From the NCBI GenBank assembly GCA_045561795.1, contig JBJKWZ010000002.1, positions 22,943-86,942 on the forward strand: 64,000 nt of DNA. The letters are read 5' to 3'. A program made the position numbers and the translations under genes. Numbering within the stretch: the stretch's first letter is position 1; every line of letters starts with the position of its first letter. The notes beneath the pieces are model-generated. The model searched no databases. It was given only the letters and a program-made list of their open reading frames with translations, and was not told the DNA's origin. Shown here one piece after another: positions 29,272 to 41,000 of the stretch. Source of the stretch: Flavobacteriaceae bacterium. Its GTDB lineage: Bacteria > Bacteroidota > Bacteroidia > Flavobacteriales > Flavobacteriaceae.

Positions 29272-30207
29272 TTACTTTTCCTCAGAAAATGCAAAATTGA
29301 TATTCCTCTTTATACCACTATATCCAGTTCTTTTAATAGGGCTATCTTTGAAAACCTCGTAGAATACCTCTTCTGTCAAATCTTCCCATTGTTTTTTTGA
29401 CATATTTGAAATATTTTTTTTGTCCTCAAAAGAGGGCTCGTTGTGATTTTTTGAGAATTTATTCCATGGACAAACATCCTGGCAAATATCACATCCAAAA
29501 ATCCATCCTCTCATATTATCCTTAAATGAATCTGGGATATTGTTTTTTAGTTCAATTGTAGCATAGGAAATGCATTTAGTAGCATCCATCTTGTAAGGTG
29601 TAGCTAAAGCATTTGTTGGACAAGAATCTATACAAGCTGTGCAAGATCCACAATGATCAGTAGTTGGGTGATCGTATTCTAATTCTAGATCCAAAATAAG
29701 TTCAGCAATAAAAAAAAATGAACCTGTTTTTTTGTTTATTAAATTGGTGTTTTTACCAATCCATCCAAGACCGGATTTTTTTGCCCATGCCCTATCCATA
29801 ACAGGAGCTGAATCAACAAAAACTCGTCCGTTTACGTCACCCACCAAATTTTTTATTCTTGAAAGTAATTCTCTCAATTTTTCTTTCACTACAAAATGAT
29901 AATCTTTACCATAAGCATATGAGGATATTTTGGGCTCATTATCTTTCTTAGGTTTTTTTTCAGTATGGTAATTAAACAATAAACTAATTACGCTTTTGCA
30001 TCCAGGTACCAGCAATCTTGGATCAAGTCTTTTATCAAAGTTTCTCTCCATATAACTCATCTCCCCATTAAAACCTGATTTTAGCCAACTCTCAAGCTTT
30101 GGCGCTTCCTCTGATAAAAATTCTGCTTTAGAAATCCCACATGACAAAAAATTTAATGACAAAGCTTCTGATTTAATTATTTCTGAGAGTTTATTTTTAT
30201 TTATCAT
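29272..30207 (-). CDS. queG: Epoxyqueuosine reductase QueG
   Basis: Two 4Fe-4S motifs ([23 protein letters not shown]) and the GWIGKNT motif. ~310 aa. Confidence 0.85.
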   Translation of the reverse strand: MINKNKLSEIIKSEALSLNFLSCGISKAEFLSEEAPKLESWLKSGFNGEMSYMERNFDKRLDPRLLVPGCKSVISLLFNYHTEKKPKKDNEPKISSYAYGKDYHFVVKEKLRELLSRIKNLVGDVNGRVFVDSAPVMDRAWAKKSGLGWIGKNTNLINKKTGSFFFIAELILDLELEYDHPTTDHCGSCTACIDSCPTNALATPYKMDATKCISYATIELKNNIPDSFKDNMRGWIFGCDICQDVCPWNKFSKNHNEPSFEDKKNISNMSKKQWEDLTEEVFYEVFKDSPIKRTGYSGIKRNINFAFSEEK

Positions 30208-30209
30208 TT

Positions 30210-31229
30210 TTAAAAAAGGTTTTCTTGATTACCTCTAATTTTACCTAAATGTTTATATGCTAACTCAGTTACTTCTCTTCCTCTTGGTGTTCTAACAATA
30301 AACCCTTGTTGAATTAGAAACGGTTCATAAACCTCCTCAATAGTTTCACCGTTTTCTGAAACAGCAGTTGCTAAAGTTGTAATTCCAACTGGTCCTCCTT
30401 TAAATTTATCAATCAAAGCATTTAAAATTTTGTTATCCATTTCATCTAGTCCATAGTTGTCAACCTTTAAGGCTTTTAATCCGTATTTAGTTATTTTCAA
30501 ATCAATTATTCCATCTCCCTTAATTTGGGCAAAGTCTCTAATTCTTCTAAGCAAACCATTTGCAATTCTTGGTGTTCCTCTACTTCTACTTGCAATTTCA
30601 ATTGCAGCATCTTTTGAAATTTCAATTTCTAAAATAGATGCACTCCTCTTCAGAATTGACGATAATAAATCCTTTGAATAATAATTTAGTCTATTGCTAA
30701 TTCCAAATCTAGCTCTCATTGGAGCGGTTAAAAGGCCAGATCTTGTTGTAGCACCGACTAAAGTGAAAGGATTAAGTGATATATTGACGGTTCTTGCATT
30801 AGGACCACTCTCAATCATTATATCTATTTTGTAATCCTCCATTGCCGAGTATAGGTACTCTTCAACTATTGGACTAAGTCTATGTATTTCGTCAATAAAA
30901 AGAATATCTCTGGTTTCCAGATTAGTCAAAAGTCCAGCCAAATCTCCAGGTTTATCCAATACTGGTCCCGAGGTTATTTTAATTCCTACCTCTAATTCAT
31001 TAGCAAGGACATTTGCTAGGGTTGTTTTACCCAATCCAGGGGGGCCATGAAATAAAGTATGGTCAAGAGCTTCCTCTCTTCTATTTGCTGCCTCAACAAA
31101 AACTTTTAAATTTTCTAAAATAGATTCTTGCCCAACAAAATCAGAAAAATTCAATGGTCTCAAAGATCGATCAAATTCCTTCTCTTCATTTGATAAATTA
31201 TTTATTTGAGGGTCAAGTGCATCGTTCAT
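30210..31229 (-). CDS. ruvB: Holliday junction DNA helicase RuvB
   Basis: LRP..F..FVGQ, Walker [10 protein letters not shown], Walker B FIDEIHRL. Start placed at Met18 of the listed ORF (MNDALDPQ). Confidence 0.9.
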   Translation of the reverse strand: MNDALDPQINNLSNEEKEFDRSLRPLNFSDFVGQESILENLKVFVEAANRREEALDHTLFHGPPGLGKTTLANVLANELEVGIKITSGPVLDKPGDLAGLLTNLETRDILFIDEIHRLSPIVEEYLYSAMEDYKIDIMIESGPNARTVNISLNPFTLVGATTRSGLLTAPMRARFGISNRLNYYSKDLLSSILKRSASILEIEISKDAAIEIASRSRGTPRIANGLLRRIRDFAQIKGDGIIDLKITKYGLKALKVDNYGLDEMDNKILNALIDKFKGGPVGITTLATAVSENGETIEEVYEPFLIQQGFIVRTPRGREVTELAYKHLGKIRGNQENLF

Positions 31230-31298
31230 ACTCACAAATATATAAGAAAAAAGAGGCACTAATGCCCCTTTTCGATTCATATTTAAATTTAGATATAT

Positions 31299-33086
31299 TT
31301 AATGTTGAAGTTCCTCTTCTCCCTTTTCTAGCGGGACATTTTGAGGAACATAGTCGTCCTTTTTACCGGGTTTTGAATAATCATAAGCCCATCTATATAC
31401 ATGTGGAATCTCTCCATCCCAATTTCCATGCATATGTTCAATTGGTGCTGTCCATTCTAATGTAGTAGACCTCCATGGATTTTGAACTGTCGCTTTTCCA
31501 TAATAAATACTGTGGATAAAGTTGTAAAGAAAAATTATTTGTGCAGCACCGGTGATAAATGCAAAAATTGAAATAACAATATTAATATCTGCTATGTCGT
31601 CAAAATATGGGAATGCAGTATTTGTATAATATCTTCTTGGTAGCCCAGCCATTCCGATAAAATGCATTGGAAAGAAAACCCCATAGGCACCCACTGCAGT
31701 TACCCAGAAATGGATATATCCTAAGTTTTTATTCATCATTCTTTTAAACATTTTAGGAAACCAATGGTATACTCCAGCAAAAAGACCGTATAGAGCCGAT
31801 ATTCCCATAACTAGATGAAAATGAGCTACTACAAAATACGTATCGTGAACATTAATATCTAAGGTGCTGTCACCTAAAATAATTCCGGTTAATCCTCCTG
31901 AAATAAACGTGGAAACTAAAGCTATTGAAAATAGCATGGCCGGGTTTAGTTGTAAATTTCCCTTCCACAAAGTTGTAATATAATTAAATGCTTTTACAGC
32001 AGAAGGAATTGCGATTAAAAGAGTGGTAAAAGTAAATACTGAACCTAGAAAAGGATTCATACCACTAATAAACATGTGATGTCCCCATACAATTGTAGAA
32101 AGAAAAGCTATGGCAAGTATAGAAGCGACCATAGCTCTATAACCAAAAATTGGCTTTCTTGCATTTGTTGCTATAACCTCGGAGGTAATTCCTAAAGCTG
32201 GAAGAAGAACAATATATACTTCTGGATGACCTAAAAACCAAAATAAATGTTCATATAATACAGGCGAGCCTCCTTGATAATGCAACACCTCTCCTTGAAT
32301 AAAAATATCTGAAAGAAAAAAGGATGTGCCAAAACTCCTGTCCATTATTAATAATAATGCCGCTGAAAGCAACACAGGAAAAGAAACTACACCAATAATT
32401 GCGGTTATGAAAAATGCCCAAATTGTAAGTGGTAATCTAGAAAAACTCATACCTTTCGTTCTCATGTTTATAACTGTAACTATGTAATTCAATGAACCGA
32501 GAAGTGAAGAGGCAACAAAAATTGCCATAGAAACGAGCCATAGGGTCATGCCAAGGCCTGAACCCGGTTGAGCTTGGGGTAAGGCCGACAGAGGAGGATA
32601 GATAGTCCATCCGGCGGCAGCTGGTCCTGCTTCAACAAATAGTGAAGCTATCATCAAAACCGATGAAAGAAAAAATAGCCAATAAGCAATCATATTTAGA
32701 AGCCCAGATGCCATGTCACGCGCACCAATTTGAAGAGGAATAAGTAAATTACTAAAAGTACCACTTAAACCAGCTGTTAGAACAAAAAATACCATTATTG
32801 TTCCATGAATTGTAACCAATGCAAGGTATACATTTGGATCCATGACACCTTCAGGAGCCCATTTTCCTAAAAATACTTCAAAAATTTTAAACGATTGCTC
32901 CGGCCAAGCCAACTGAACTCTAAAAAGTAAAGACATAGCTATCCCTATAATTCCCATAAAAAGACCTGTTATGAGATATTGTTTTGCAATCATTTTATGA
33001 TCTTGACTAAAAACATATTTGGTAATAAATGTTTCTTTGTGATGATGTTCGTGAACTTCTTCCTGTGTAGTAACTGCTGTTGACAT
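31299..33086 (-). CDS. ctaD: Cytochrome c oxidase subunit I
   Basis: Heme-copper oxidase signature (WFLGHPEVYIVLLPA, HHMF, VAHFHLVM). 595 aa. Confidence 0.95.
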   Translation of the reverse strand: MSTAVTTQEEVHEHHHKETFITKYVFSQDHKMIAKQYLITGLFMGIIGIAMSLLFRVQLAWPEQSFKIFEVFLGKWAPEGVMDPNVYLALVTIHGTIMVFFVLTAGLSGTFSNLLIPLQIGARDMASGLLNMIAYWLFFLSSVLMIASLFVEAGPAAAGWTIYPPLSALPQAQPGSGLGMTLWLVSMAIFVASSLLGSLNYIVTVINMRTKGMSFSRLPLTIWAFFITAIIGVVSFPVLLSAALLLIMDRSFGTSFFLSDIFIQGEVLHYQGGSPVLYEHLFWFLGHPEVYIVLLPALGITSEVIATNARKPIFGYRAMVASILAIAFLSTIVWGHHMFISGMNPFLGSVFTFTTLLIAIPSAVKAFNYITTLWKGNLQLNPAMLFSIALVSTFISGGLTGIILGDSTLDINVHDTYFVVAHFHLVMGISALYGLFAGVYHWFPKMFKRMMNKNLGYIHFWVTAVGAYGVFFPMHFIGMAGLPRRYYTNTAFPYFDDIADINIVISIFAFITGAAQIIFLYNFIHSIYYGKATVQNPWRSTTLEWTAPIEHMHGNWDGEIPHVYRWAYDYSKPGKKDDYVPQNVPLEKGEEELQH

Positions 33087-33102
33087 TTCTTAATACTATT
33101 AG

Positions 33103-34167
33103 TTATTGTATAAATTGAGCAAACGTCTTTTGATTGCTCATCCATTTTTTAAATTTTCCTTCTGTTTCAACTATAATCTTCATCTGCATATTGTAGTGAG
33201 AAGCCCCACAAATTTTATTGCATAGGAGAATGTAATCAAATATATAAGGTTCTAAAGGTTCTTCTCCCTTTAAAACCAGTTCTTCGCTATTTTTTGTCCG
33301 AATTTTGTTTATTTTTTTAACCTTGGCTATCATCTCAGGAGTTTGTCTCATTTGTTCTGTTGTCATTACTGGTGTAAATGCAAACTCAGTTATCATTCCT
33401 GGGACGCAATTCATCTGTGCTCTAAAATGCGGCATATAGGCTGAATGTAAGACATCTTGGGATCTCATTTTAAATATAATTTCTTTCCCAACTGGCAAAT
33501 GCAATTCTTGAACAACTACGTCATCCAAACCGTTGGGATCTGTAGCGTCAATACCAACAAGATTTTTACCATCAAAGTCATTTAAAAATCTCACGTTTGC
33601 ATCCCCTAAAACTCCATCGTTACCGGCATATCTTGCTTTCCAATTGTATTGCTGAGCATAAAGCTCTACAATCATAGCGTCCTCGTTTTCTTCAACGGTC
33701 ATAATATCGGTCCAAGTATACAATCCAAACAAAATTAATCCTGCTAAAACAATCATAGGGATGATTGTCCAAATTGCTTCCAATCGGTCATTATCGGCTA
33801 GAAAAAAGGCTTTTTTATTTTTTTCGCCTCTGTATTTATAGGCAAAATAGTGTAATAACGCCTGGGTTATAGTTTGAACGAAGAAAATTACAGCAAATGT
33901 TGACCACATGAGTGAGTCATACAAATCTCCATGATCCGAAGCCGCTTTGGGTAGTAAAACATCCCCCCATTGATAAAACGAAAAAAGTGTCAGTAAATAT
34001 ATAAATACTAAGAAAGCAAACATTAACTTTCCTTGGTAATCGTTGTCTTTGTCGTCGGCTATTTCAGTGGTATTCACATTAGTTTGAGATAATTCAAACA
34101 TTTTCGATATTTGCCATATCGATATGGAAATCAAAATTAAAATCGTAAATATTAATAATACTGTCAT
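33103..34167 (-). CDS. ctaC: Cytochrome c oxidase subunit II
   Basis: N-terminal TM helices. Cupredoxin domain with CuA ligands (DVLHSAYMPHF, CNKICGASHYNM). Confidence 0.9.
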   Translation of the reverse strand: MTVLLIFTILILISISIWQISKMFELSQTNVNTTEIADDKDNDYQGKLMFAFLVFIYLLTLFSFYQWGDVLLPKAASDHGDLYDSLMWSTFAVIFFVQTITQALLHYFAYKYRGEKNKKAFFLADNDRLEAIWTIIPMIVLAGLILFGLYTWTDIMTVEENEDAMIVELYAQQYNWKARYAGNDGVLGDANVRFLNDFDGKNLVGIDATDPNGLDDVVVQELHLPVGKEIIFKMRSQDVLHSAYMPHFRAQMNCVPGMITEFAFTPVMTTEQMRQTPEMIAKVKKINKIRTKNSEELVLKGEEPLEPYIFDYILLCNKICGASHYNMQMKIIVETEGKFKKWMSNQKTFAQFIQ

Positions 34168-34183
34168 TTGCTTTCTAAATTAT

Positions 34184-35545
34184 TTAGTAATGAAAACGTT
34201 CGCTTTCTCCATAAAATGGATCCCCCTTTGCTATTAATGGGGCTTTAGTTAGTTCATTGAAAACTATATATATAAATAGTCCCATAAAAAACATAAATGC
34301 TCCTATTTCGGTTATACCTATAAACCACTGATCACCAACTGCAGAAGGCATAATCATATTAAAAACGTCAATATAATGACCTAAAATAATAATAATCCCT
34401 GTAGTCACAATAAACGCATTCATTCTCTTATAATCACTATTCATTAACATAAGGAAAGGGAAAATAAAATTCATAACCACCATTCCAAAAAATGGTAATT
34501 TATAGTCTTCCATTCGAGTTATAAAATAAGTGACTTCTTCTGGTATATTAGAATACCATATAAGCATAAACTGAGAGAACCATAGATAGGTCCAAAAGAC
34601 ACTAACTCCAAACATAAATTTTCCTAAATCGTGAATATGACTATCATTAACCTCTTTCAAATATCCTTTTGATTTTAAATATATTGTTACCAAAGCTATT
34701 GTTGAAATACCGCTTACAAACATGCTTGCAAAGACATACCAACCAAATAAAGTACTAAACCAATGTGGATCAATTGACATTATCCAGTCCCACGACATAA
34801 TGGATTCTGTAACTATATAAAAAACCAAAAACCCAGCAGAAATCCTAAAGTTTTTCTTGTGATATCTGTTGTCTTTTGCTATGTCTTGAGCCAATGAGAA
34901 TTTTCTAGAAAAATATCTGTATAAACTCCAACCCGCTAGAAAAAACAATCCTCTTGCTAGAACAAAAGGTACGTTCAAATACCCTTTTTTGGCAGCAATT
35001 ATTTTATCATGTGCTACTACCTCTGGATCCATCCAAATAAAAAGATGATTTAGATGGAGCCCTGATAAAAATAAAATGAAAATCACAATCAATCCTCCAG
35101 GTAACATGTAGGCAGTTATGCCTTCCATAACTCTAAACAGAATAGGAGACCAACCTACTTGGGCTGCTCGATTAATCGCATAAAAAGCCAACGTTCCAAG
35201 TGAGATCATAAAAAAGAAAAAAGCTGCTACGTAAAGGGCAGCCCATGGTTTATTACTTAATTGATGAAAAACATGCTCATCATGAGAAATACTGTGCTCA
35301 CCTTCTTGTTTATTGGAATCGTATTTTATACTTAATGAATTGATGTCAATTTTATCTTCAATATTTATAGAATTATCTGAGTGATCGTCACCATGATCAT
35401 CGTGAGATATAATTTCTTTAGCTTCTTGAATGTTTTTTGGAGCGGTGATAAATCCAAAAGATAAACCTATTAGGCCTAACAACATTAGTAAAAATGACAC
35501 TAACTTTAATCTACGGTTAAATGAATATCTTTCCTCAGCCATCAC
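34184..35545 (-). CDS. actF: Alternative complex III subunit ActF (quinol:cytochrome c oxidoreductase membrane subunit)
   Basis: NrfD-like polytopic membrane protein at the end of the act cluster. 4-nt overlap with actE. Confidence 0.8.
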   Translation of the reverse strand: MMAEERYSFNRRLKLVSFLLMLLGLIGLSFGFITAPKNIQEAKEIISHDDHGDDHSDNSINIEDKIDINSLSIKYDSNKQEGEHSISHDEHVFHQLSNKPWAALYVAAFFFFMISLGTLAFYAINRAAQVGWSPILFRVMEGITAYMLPGGLIVIFILFLSGLHLNHLFIWMDPEVVAHDKIIAAKKGYLNVPFVLARGLFFLAGWSLYRYFSRKFSLAQDIAKDNRYHKKNFRISAGFLVFYIVTESIMSWDWIMSIDPHWFSTLFGWYVFASMFVSGISTIALVTIYLKSKGYLKEVNDSHIHDLGKFMFGVSVFWTYLWFSQFMLIWYSNIPEEVTYFITRMEDYKLPFFGMVVMNFIFPFLMLMNSDYKRMNAFIVTTGIIIILGHYIDVFNMIMPSAVGDQWFIGITEIGAFMFFMGLFIYIVFNELTKAPLIAKGDPFYGESERFHY

Positions 35546-36090
35546 TTTAATTTACTTCTAAGTTCCATTACATATTGAGTTATTTGCCATCTTTCCATTT
35601 CATTAACTTGACTTGCATGCGATCCCATTGCGTTTTTCCCGAAAAAAATTACATGATAAATACTTCCCTCTGTAATTTCTCTATCAGCATAACTTGGAAC
35701 ACCCAAATATTTTTCTCTAGTCATTAAAATCCCTTGACCATTACCTTTATTTCCGTGACAAACAGCACAATAAACACCATATAAGTCTTTACCTTTTTTA
35801 AGATTTTCCTCGTTGAAATCAATAGGCGATTTAAGATTGGATTTTGCATTATCGTATCCTTCATTTGAATTTGGATAATCGTAAGGGGTCCACCCTCTTG
35901 ATATTGTTCCATCAACTGGAATTTGAGCTTCTATTCCATTACGAAAAGCATTAGACTCTGCATAAGCTTCATACCCAATTGGTTCATACATATTTGGAAA
36001 ATATTGGTAATTGGGTTGAGATGAATCATAGCAACCTACAAATGATATACATAAGAACAAACCACTAAATAATTTTTTTATTATTGTCAT
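35542..36090 (-). CDS. actE: Alternative complex III subunit ActE (mono-heme cytochrome c lipoprotein)
   Basis: Lipobox LCISFVGC. Single CAVCH heme motif. Confidence 0.8.
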   Translation of the reverse strand: MTIIKKLFSGLFLCISFVGCYDSSQPNYQYFPNMYEPIGYEAYAESNAFRNGIEAQIPVDGTISRGWTPYDYPNSNEGYDNAKSNLKSPIDFNEENLKKGKDLYGVYCAVCHGNKGNGQGILMTREKYLGVPSYADREITEGSIYHVIFFGKNAMGSHASQVNEMERWQITQYVMELRSKLK

Positions 36091-36093
36091 TTA

Positions 36094-36624
36094 TTATTCT
36101 TTTTCATACATATTAATTTCCATAGCTCCAGTTTTTTTTAAAAGGGCCTTTATTTTTTTATCCTCTCCATTGGATTGTATCTCAATTAAAAACCTGTCGT
36201 CGGTAGTTGAAGGTAGAGGATTTTCAGCTTTTTTAAATGGCCACAATTTACTTCTTAAATAGAAGGTGATGACCATAAGGTGTGCGGCAAAATAAACCGT
36301 CATTTCAAACAAAACAGGGACAAAAGAAGGCATATTCTCAAAAAAGGTGAAACTTGGTTTTCCACCTATGTTTTGCGGCCAATCCTCAATCATAATAAAA
36401 TTAATCATTAGTACTGCTACTGAAAGCCCAATACATCCGTATATAAATGACATTATTGCTATTCTTGTCTCATCAATCCCCATTACCTTATCAAGTCCAT
36501 GCACAGGAAATGGAGTATACACCTCGTCTATACCACATTTATTTTGTTTGAGAACCTTAACTGCATTCAACAGCGTATCGTCATCATCATAAACTGCGTG
36601 AATATATTTATTACTTTCCACCAT
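36094..36624 (-). CDS. actD: Alternative complex III subunit ActD (DUF3341)
   Basis: ~175 aa, soluble N-domain plus two TM helices. Located between actC and actE. Confidence 0.8.
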   Translation of the reverse strand: MVESNKYIHAVYDDDDTLLNAVKVLKQNKCGIDEVYTPFPVHGLDKVMGIDETRIAIMSFIYGCIGLSVAVLMINFIMIEDWPQNIGGKPSFTFFENMPSFVPVLFEMTVYFAAHLMVITFYLRSKLWPFKKAENPLPSTTDDRFLIEIQSNGEDKKIKALLKKTGAMEINMYEKE

Positions 36625-37999
36625 CTCTTGATTTTTTATAATTATCCCCTGAAGTCTTTAAAATAGTTTTCACCTCAGCTTGAGCTATCACTGGAAAAGT
36701 TCTTGCGTAAAGCAAAAATAAAACAAAGAAAAAACCTATAGTCCCAATAAATATACCTATATCAACAAAGGTTGGAGAAAACATTGTCCATGAGGATGGT
36801 AGATAGTCTCTATGAAGTGAAGTGACAATAATAACAAAACGTTCAAACCACATTCCAATATTCACAACTATTGAGATTAGAAACGAGAATATAATACTTG
36901 TTCTTAACTTTTTAAACCACATGAATTGGGGTGAAAAAACATTACAAGACATCATTGACCAATAGGCCCACCAATAGGGACCAGTTGCTCTGTTTAAAAA
37001 TGCATATTGTTCATATTCAACACCCGAATACCAAGCTATAAATAACTCCGTTATGTATGCAACGCCAACAATTGACCCCGTAATCATTATAACTATATTC
37101 ATAAGTTCTATATGTTGTACTGTAATATAGTTCTCCAAATTACAAACCTTTCTTGTTATAATTAGTAGCGTTTGAACCATCGCAAATCCTGAAAATACAG
37201 CTCCAGCTACAAAATAAGGAGGAAAAATTGTGGTATGCCAACCAGGTATCACGGAAGTAGCAAAGTCGAAAGAGACAATTGTGTGTACAGATAGTACTAA
37301 CGGAGTTGCTAGTCCAGCTAAAACAAGTGAAACCTCTTCAAACCTTTGCCAGTCTTTTGCTCTTCCAGACCAGCCAAAGCTTAAAATAGAGTATATTTTC
37401 TTCTGAAATGGTTTAACTGCTCTATCCCTTATCATAGCAAAATCAGGAAGCAGCCCTGTCCACCAAAAAACTAGAGAAACGGACAAATATGTAGATATTG
37501 CAAATACATCCCAAAGTAGTGGAGAATTAAAATTGACCCATAAAGAACCATAGGTATTTGGAATTGGTAGTACCCAATATCCTAGCCAAGGACGACCCAT
37601 GTGTATAATTGGAAAGAGTCCTGCTTGAATAACAGAAAAAATTGTCATAGCCTCTGCAGATCTGTTAATAGCCATTCTCCATTTTTGACGAAAAAGTAAA
37701 AGTACAGCGGAAATCAATGTTCCTGCGTGACCTATACCTACCCACCAAACAAAATTGGTGATGTCCCACGCCCATCCTACAGTTTTATTTAAACCCCAAA
37801 CTCCAATTCCAGTAGAAATTGTGTATATGATACATCCAACTCCCCATAGAAACCCAACTAGAGCTATTGAAAAAACAATCCACCATTGCACATTAGCTTT
37901 ACCCTCAACTTGGGCTGCAATATCTACTGTAACGTCATGATATGACTTCCCTCCAGTTACCAGGGGTTTTCTAATTGCTGCTTCGTAGTGTGATCCCAT
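36611..37999 (-). CDS. actC: Alternative complex III subunit ActC (NrfD/PsrC family quinol-interacting membrane subunit)
   Basis: Ten-TM NrfD-type protein (WWVGIGHAGTLISA) following the Fe-S/molybdopterin-like subunit. Confidence 0.85.
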   Translation of the reverse strand: MGSHYEAAIRKPLVTGGKSYHDVTVDIAAQVEGKANVQWWIVFSIALVGFLWGVGCIIYTISTGIGVWGLNKTVGWAWDITNFVWWVGIGHAGTLISAVLLLFRQKWRMAINRSAEAMTIFSVIQAGLFPIIHMGRPWLGYWVLPIPNTYGSLWVNFNSPLLWDVFAISTYLSVSLVFWWTGLLPDFAMIRDRAVKPFQKKIYSILSFGWSGRAKDWQRFEEVSLVLAGLATPLVLSVHTIVSFDFATSVIPGWHTTIFPPYFVAGAVFSGFAMVQTLLIITRKVCNLENYITVQHIELMNIVIMITGSIVGVAYITELFIAWYSGVEYEQYAFLNRATGPYWWAYWSMMSCNVFSPQFMWFKKLRTSIIFSFLISIVVNIGMWFERFVIIVTSLHRDYLPSSWTMFSPTFVDIGIFIGTIGFFFVLFLLYARTFPVIAQAEVKTILKTSGDNYKKSRDGGK

Positions 38000-38008
38000 A
38001 ACTATAGA

Positions 38009-41000
38009 TTAAGTATTTCTAATTTTAGTTTGGTACATAACATTAGGTTTTGTTCCTACACTTTCTAAAAGATGATACATTCTATCATTTGCCTTTAATT
38101 CGGAAACTTTACTCTCCTTGTCATTTATATCACCAAATACCATTGCTTGAGTTGTGCAAGCAGATGAGCATGCAACTTTAAAATCACCATCTTGGATTTG
38201 CCTTCCCTCCAATTTAGCATCAAGTATTGTTTTTTGTGTCATTTGTATACACATTGAGCACTTTTCCATTACTCCTCGTGATCTCACAACAACATCCGGG
38301 TTTAAAACCATTCTTCCTAGATCATTGTTCATATGATAATCAAACTCATCATTTTTGTTGTAAAGGAACCAATTAAATCTCCTAACCTTGTAAGGACAAT
38401 TATTGGCACAGTATCTTGTTCCAACACATCTATTGTAAGCCATATGGTTTTGACCTTGCCGTCCATGAGAGGACGCAGCAACAGGGCAAACAGTTTCGCA
38501 GGGAGCATGATTACAATGCTGACACATAACTGGTTGAAAGGCCACCTGAGGATTTTCAGAAGCTTCCTCCATTTTACCAAAAGTTGTTAAAGAATCTCCG
38601 ATTCCAGAAATTGCATCTTTCGTGTCAACATCCTCTTCAAATGAATCTTCTGAAGAATAATATCTGTCAATCCTCAACCAATGCATGTCTCTGGATTTCC
38701 GAATTTCTCTTTTTCCAACAACGGGTACATTATTTTCTGCGTGACAAGCAATAACACACGCTCCACATCCCGTGCAAGCATTTAAATCAATCGACAAATT
38801 AAAATGGTGTCCAATTGACCTATCAAAATTCTCCCAAATATCGACCTTTTTAGATGTTACTGCAGTTTCAATATGGTTTTTTGAAACCTTCGGAACAGGA
38901 TTCCAATATTCTTTACCTTTAGTATTAAAAATTTCTAAAGTAGATTCTTTTATTATATCTCCCCTACCCATCAGAGTATTTTGGAGTTGAGTACACGCAA
39001 ACTCATGGAAGCCGTCAGTATTTTCAACTTGAACCTTTTGATTTTTCCTAAAAGACTTGAAAAAAACAAATGCGTTTTCACCTGTTTGCATCTCTTCTTG
39101 AATTCCTAATTTTCTCCCGTATCCAAAAGCTAATCCAACCGAACCTTTTGCCTGGCCTGGTTGTATTACAACTGGAATTTTCATAAAACTTTCTCCATTA
39201 CTTATTTTTGCATAGCTTCCGTTTAATGCTCCGTTGGCAACGTTTAAGTTTTTTAAACCAATTCTATTTGCATCAAAAGAAGAGATGGTCATATAATTAT
39301 CCCAAGTGACTCTGGTTATTGGATCCGGAAACTCTTGAAGCCAGGGGTTATTTGCCTGCTGCCCATCACCCATACCAGTTTTAGTATAGAGCACAAGCTC
39401 CATGTCGGAATCGCTGTTAATATTAAAATCTGTATCGAGAACTATATTTTTTTTAGGATTGAACTTTAGTTTATGTTTTTTATTTTTTTTGTAAAAGCCA
39501 TCATGTAAAACTTTATTCCAGAATCTTCCATTCAAAATATTTTGTTCCCAAAATAACTTGATAGTTGAGTAATAGTCTTTACTTGAACCTATAATAGATA
39601 AAACAAAATCTTGAAATTGCATTGTGTTAAAAAGAGGTCTAATCGTTGGTTGCGCAAGGAAGTAGTGACCTTCTTTAAACTCGTAGTCGCCCCAGGATTC
39701 TAAATAATGTGGTGTTGCTGCAATATATTTACAAACCGACGACGTTTCATCTTCTTTCATTGAAAACGACAAAGAAAAGTCTAAATCATTTATTGCCATC
39801 TTTATCTTTTCCCCTTCTGATAAACTATAAACTGGGTTTACACCTACAGTTATTAATCCACTTACTTTTCCATCCAATAGCTCTTCTAAAAAAACATCTA
39901 CCTCATTACCACTTTGTGTCCTTGTTAGTCTTGCAGAGTGGTCAATTGCTAGACTTTTAATATGGTTATTAAGATCTAATATTAAGTCTTGAACATTCTT
40001 ATCATCTAAACCCGAAACAATAACAGCTTTGGGACCAAATTTTTTGATTCCATCTGCAGCAAATTTTGCATTTTTTTTGTGCTCCGGTGATAATTTAATT
40101 TTGCTGTTAAATCCTTTTACAAGAGAATGTATGTAAGATAAAATCTTTTTTTGCTCAGATGGTGTCGCCGGTACTCTTATATCAGCATTGGCTCCGCTGA
40201 GGGTCATATTAGCTTCAAACTGGACATGCTTTGACATTTTTCCTTTCCCAGTTTTCCTGTCTGGAACTCTATTGCTTACATATTTTGTATCATATCCTCC
40301 CCCTTGCCAATCTCCAAGGAAGTCTGCACCAACTGAAACAATGAAATCAGATTTTGTAAAATCGTAATCTACAAGTCCTTTAAAACCATATACGTCTTGA
40401 AATGATTCAACAGCATAATTGGAAGGTACTGTGTCTAAAATTATGTGTTCGATATTAGGGAATTTATTTATCAGATCAGAAATTATTTTGTGCGTAGTGG
40501 GACTTGCAAATGTTTGGGTTAACAAGACGACCTTACCTTGCTTTTCGGAAACCGATTTTAAATCTGACAAAACCTTCGATTTTAACTCATTCCACGAAGA
40601 ATCCATTCCTTTAATTTTAGGTAATTGAATCCTTTTTGTGTCATACAAAGACAAAACCGATGCATGTACTCTTGCATTTGCACTGCTAAAAACAGAGGCC
40701 TCATTATTGCTTTCAATTTTTATTGGCCTTCCCTCTCGAGTTTTAACTAAAATACTGGCAAAGTCAAATCCATCTGCTATGGCAGTTGCATAATAATTAG
40801 CAATACCTGGTCTAATTTGTTCAGGTTGAAATACATAAGGGACAGACTTAATAACTGGCCCTTCACAAGCAGCCAATGCAGCAGCTGTTGTACTAAATCC
40901 CACATATTTTAGAAAATCTCTTCTGTTTGTGTTTTCTGCCTCTAGACCTTCTTGATTTAATAAAATACTATCCACAGGTAGTTGATTGGCAAACTCCTTG

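Noticed and set aside
38329-38580. Same-strand out-of-frame ORFs inside actB (38329..38580) and actE (35724..35915), plus other short overlapping ORFs in the track (for example 1442..1630, 2780..2968, 5581..5796, 12535..12864, 10168..10491).
   Set aside because: They are embedded in well-supported conserved genes. There are no motifs, and their lengths are within what coding-sequence composition produces by chance.
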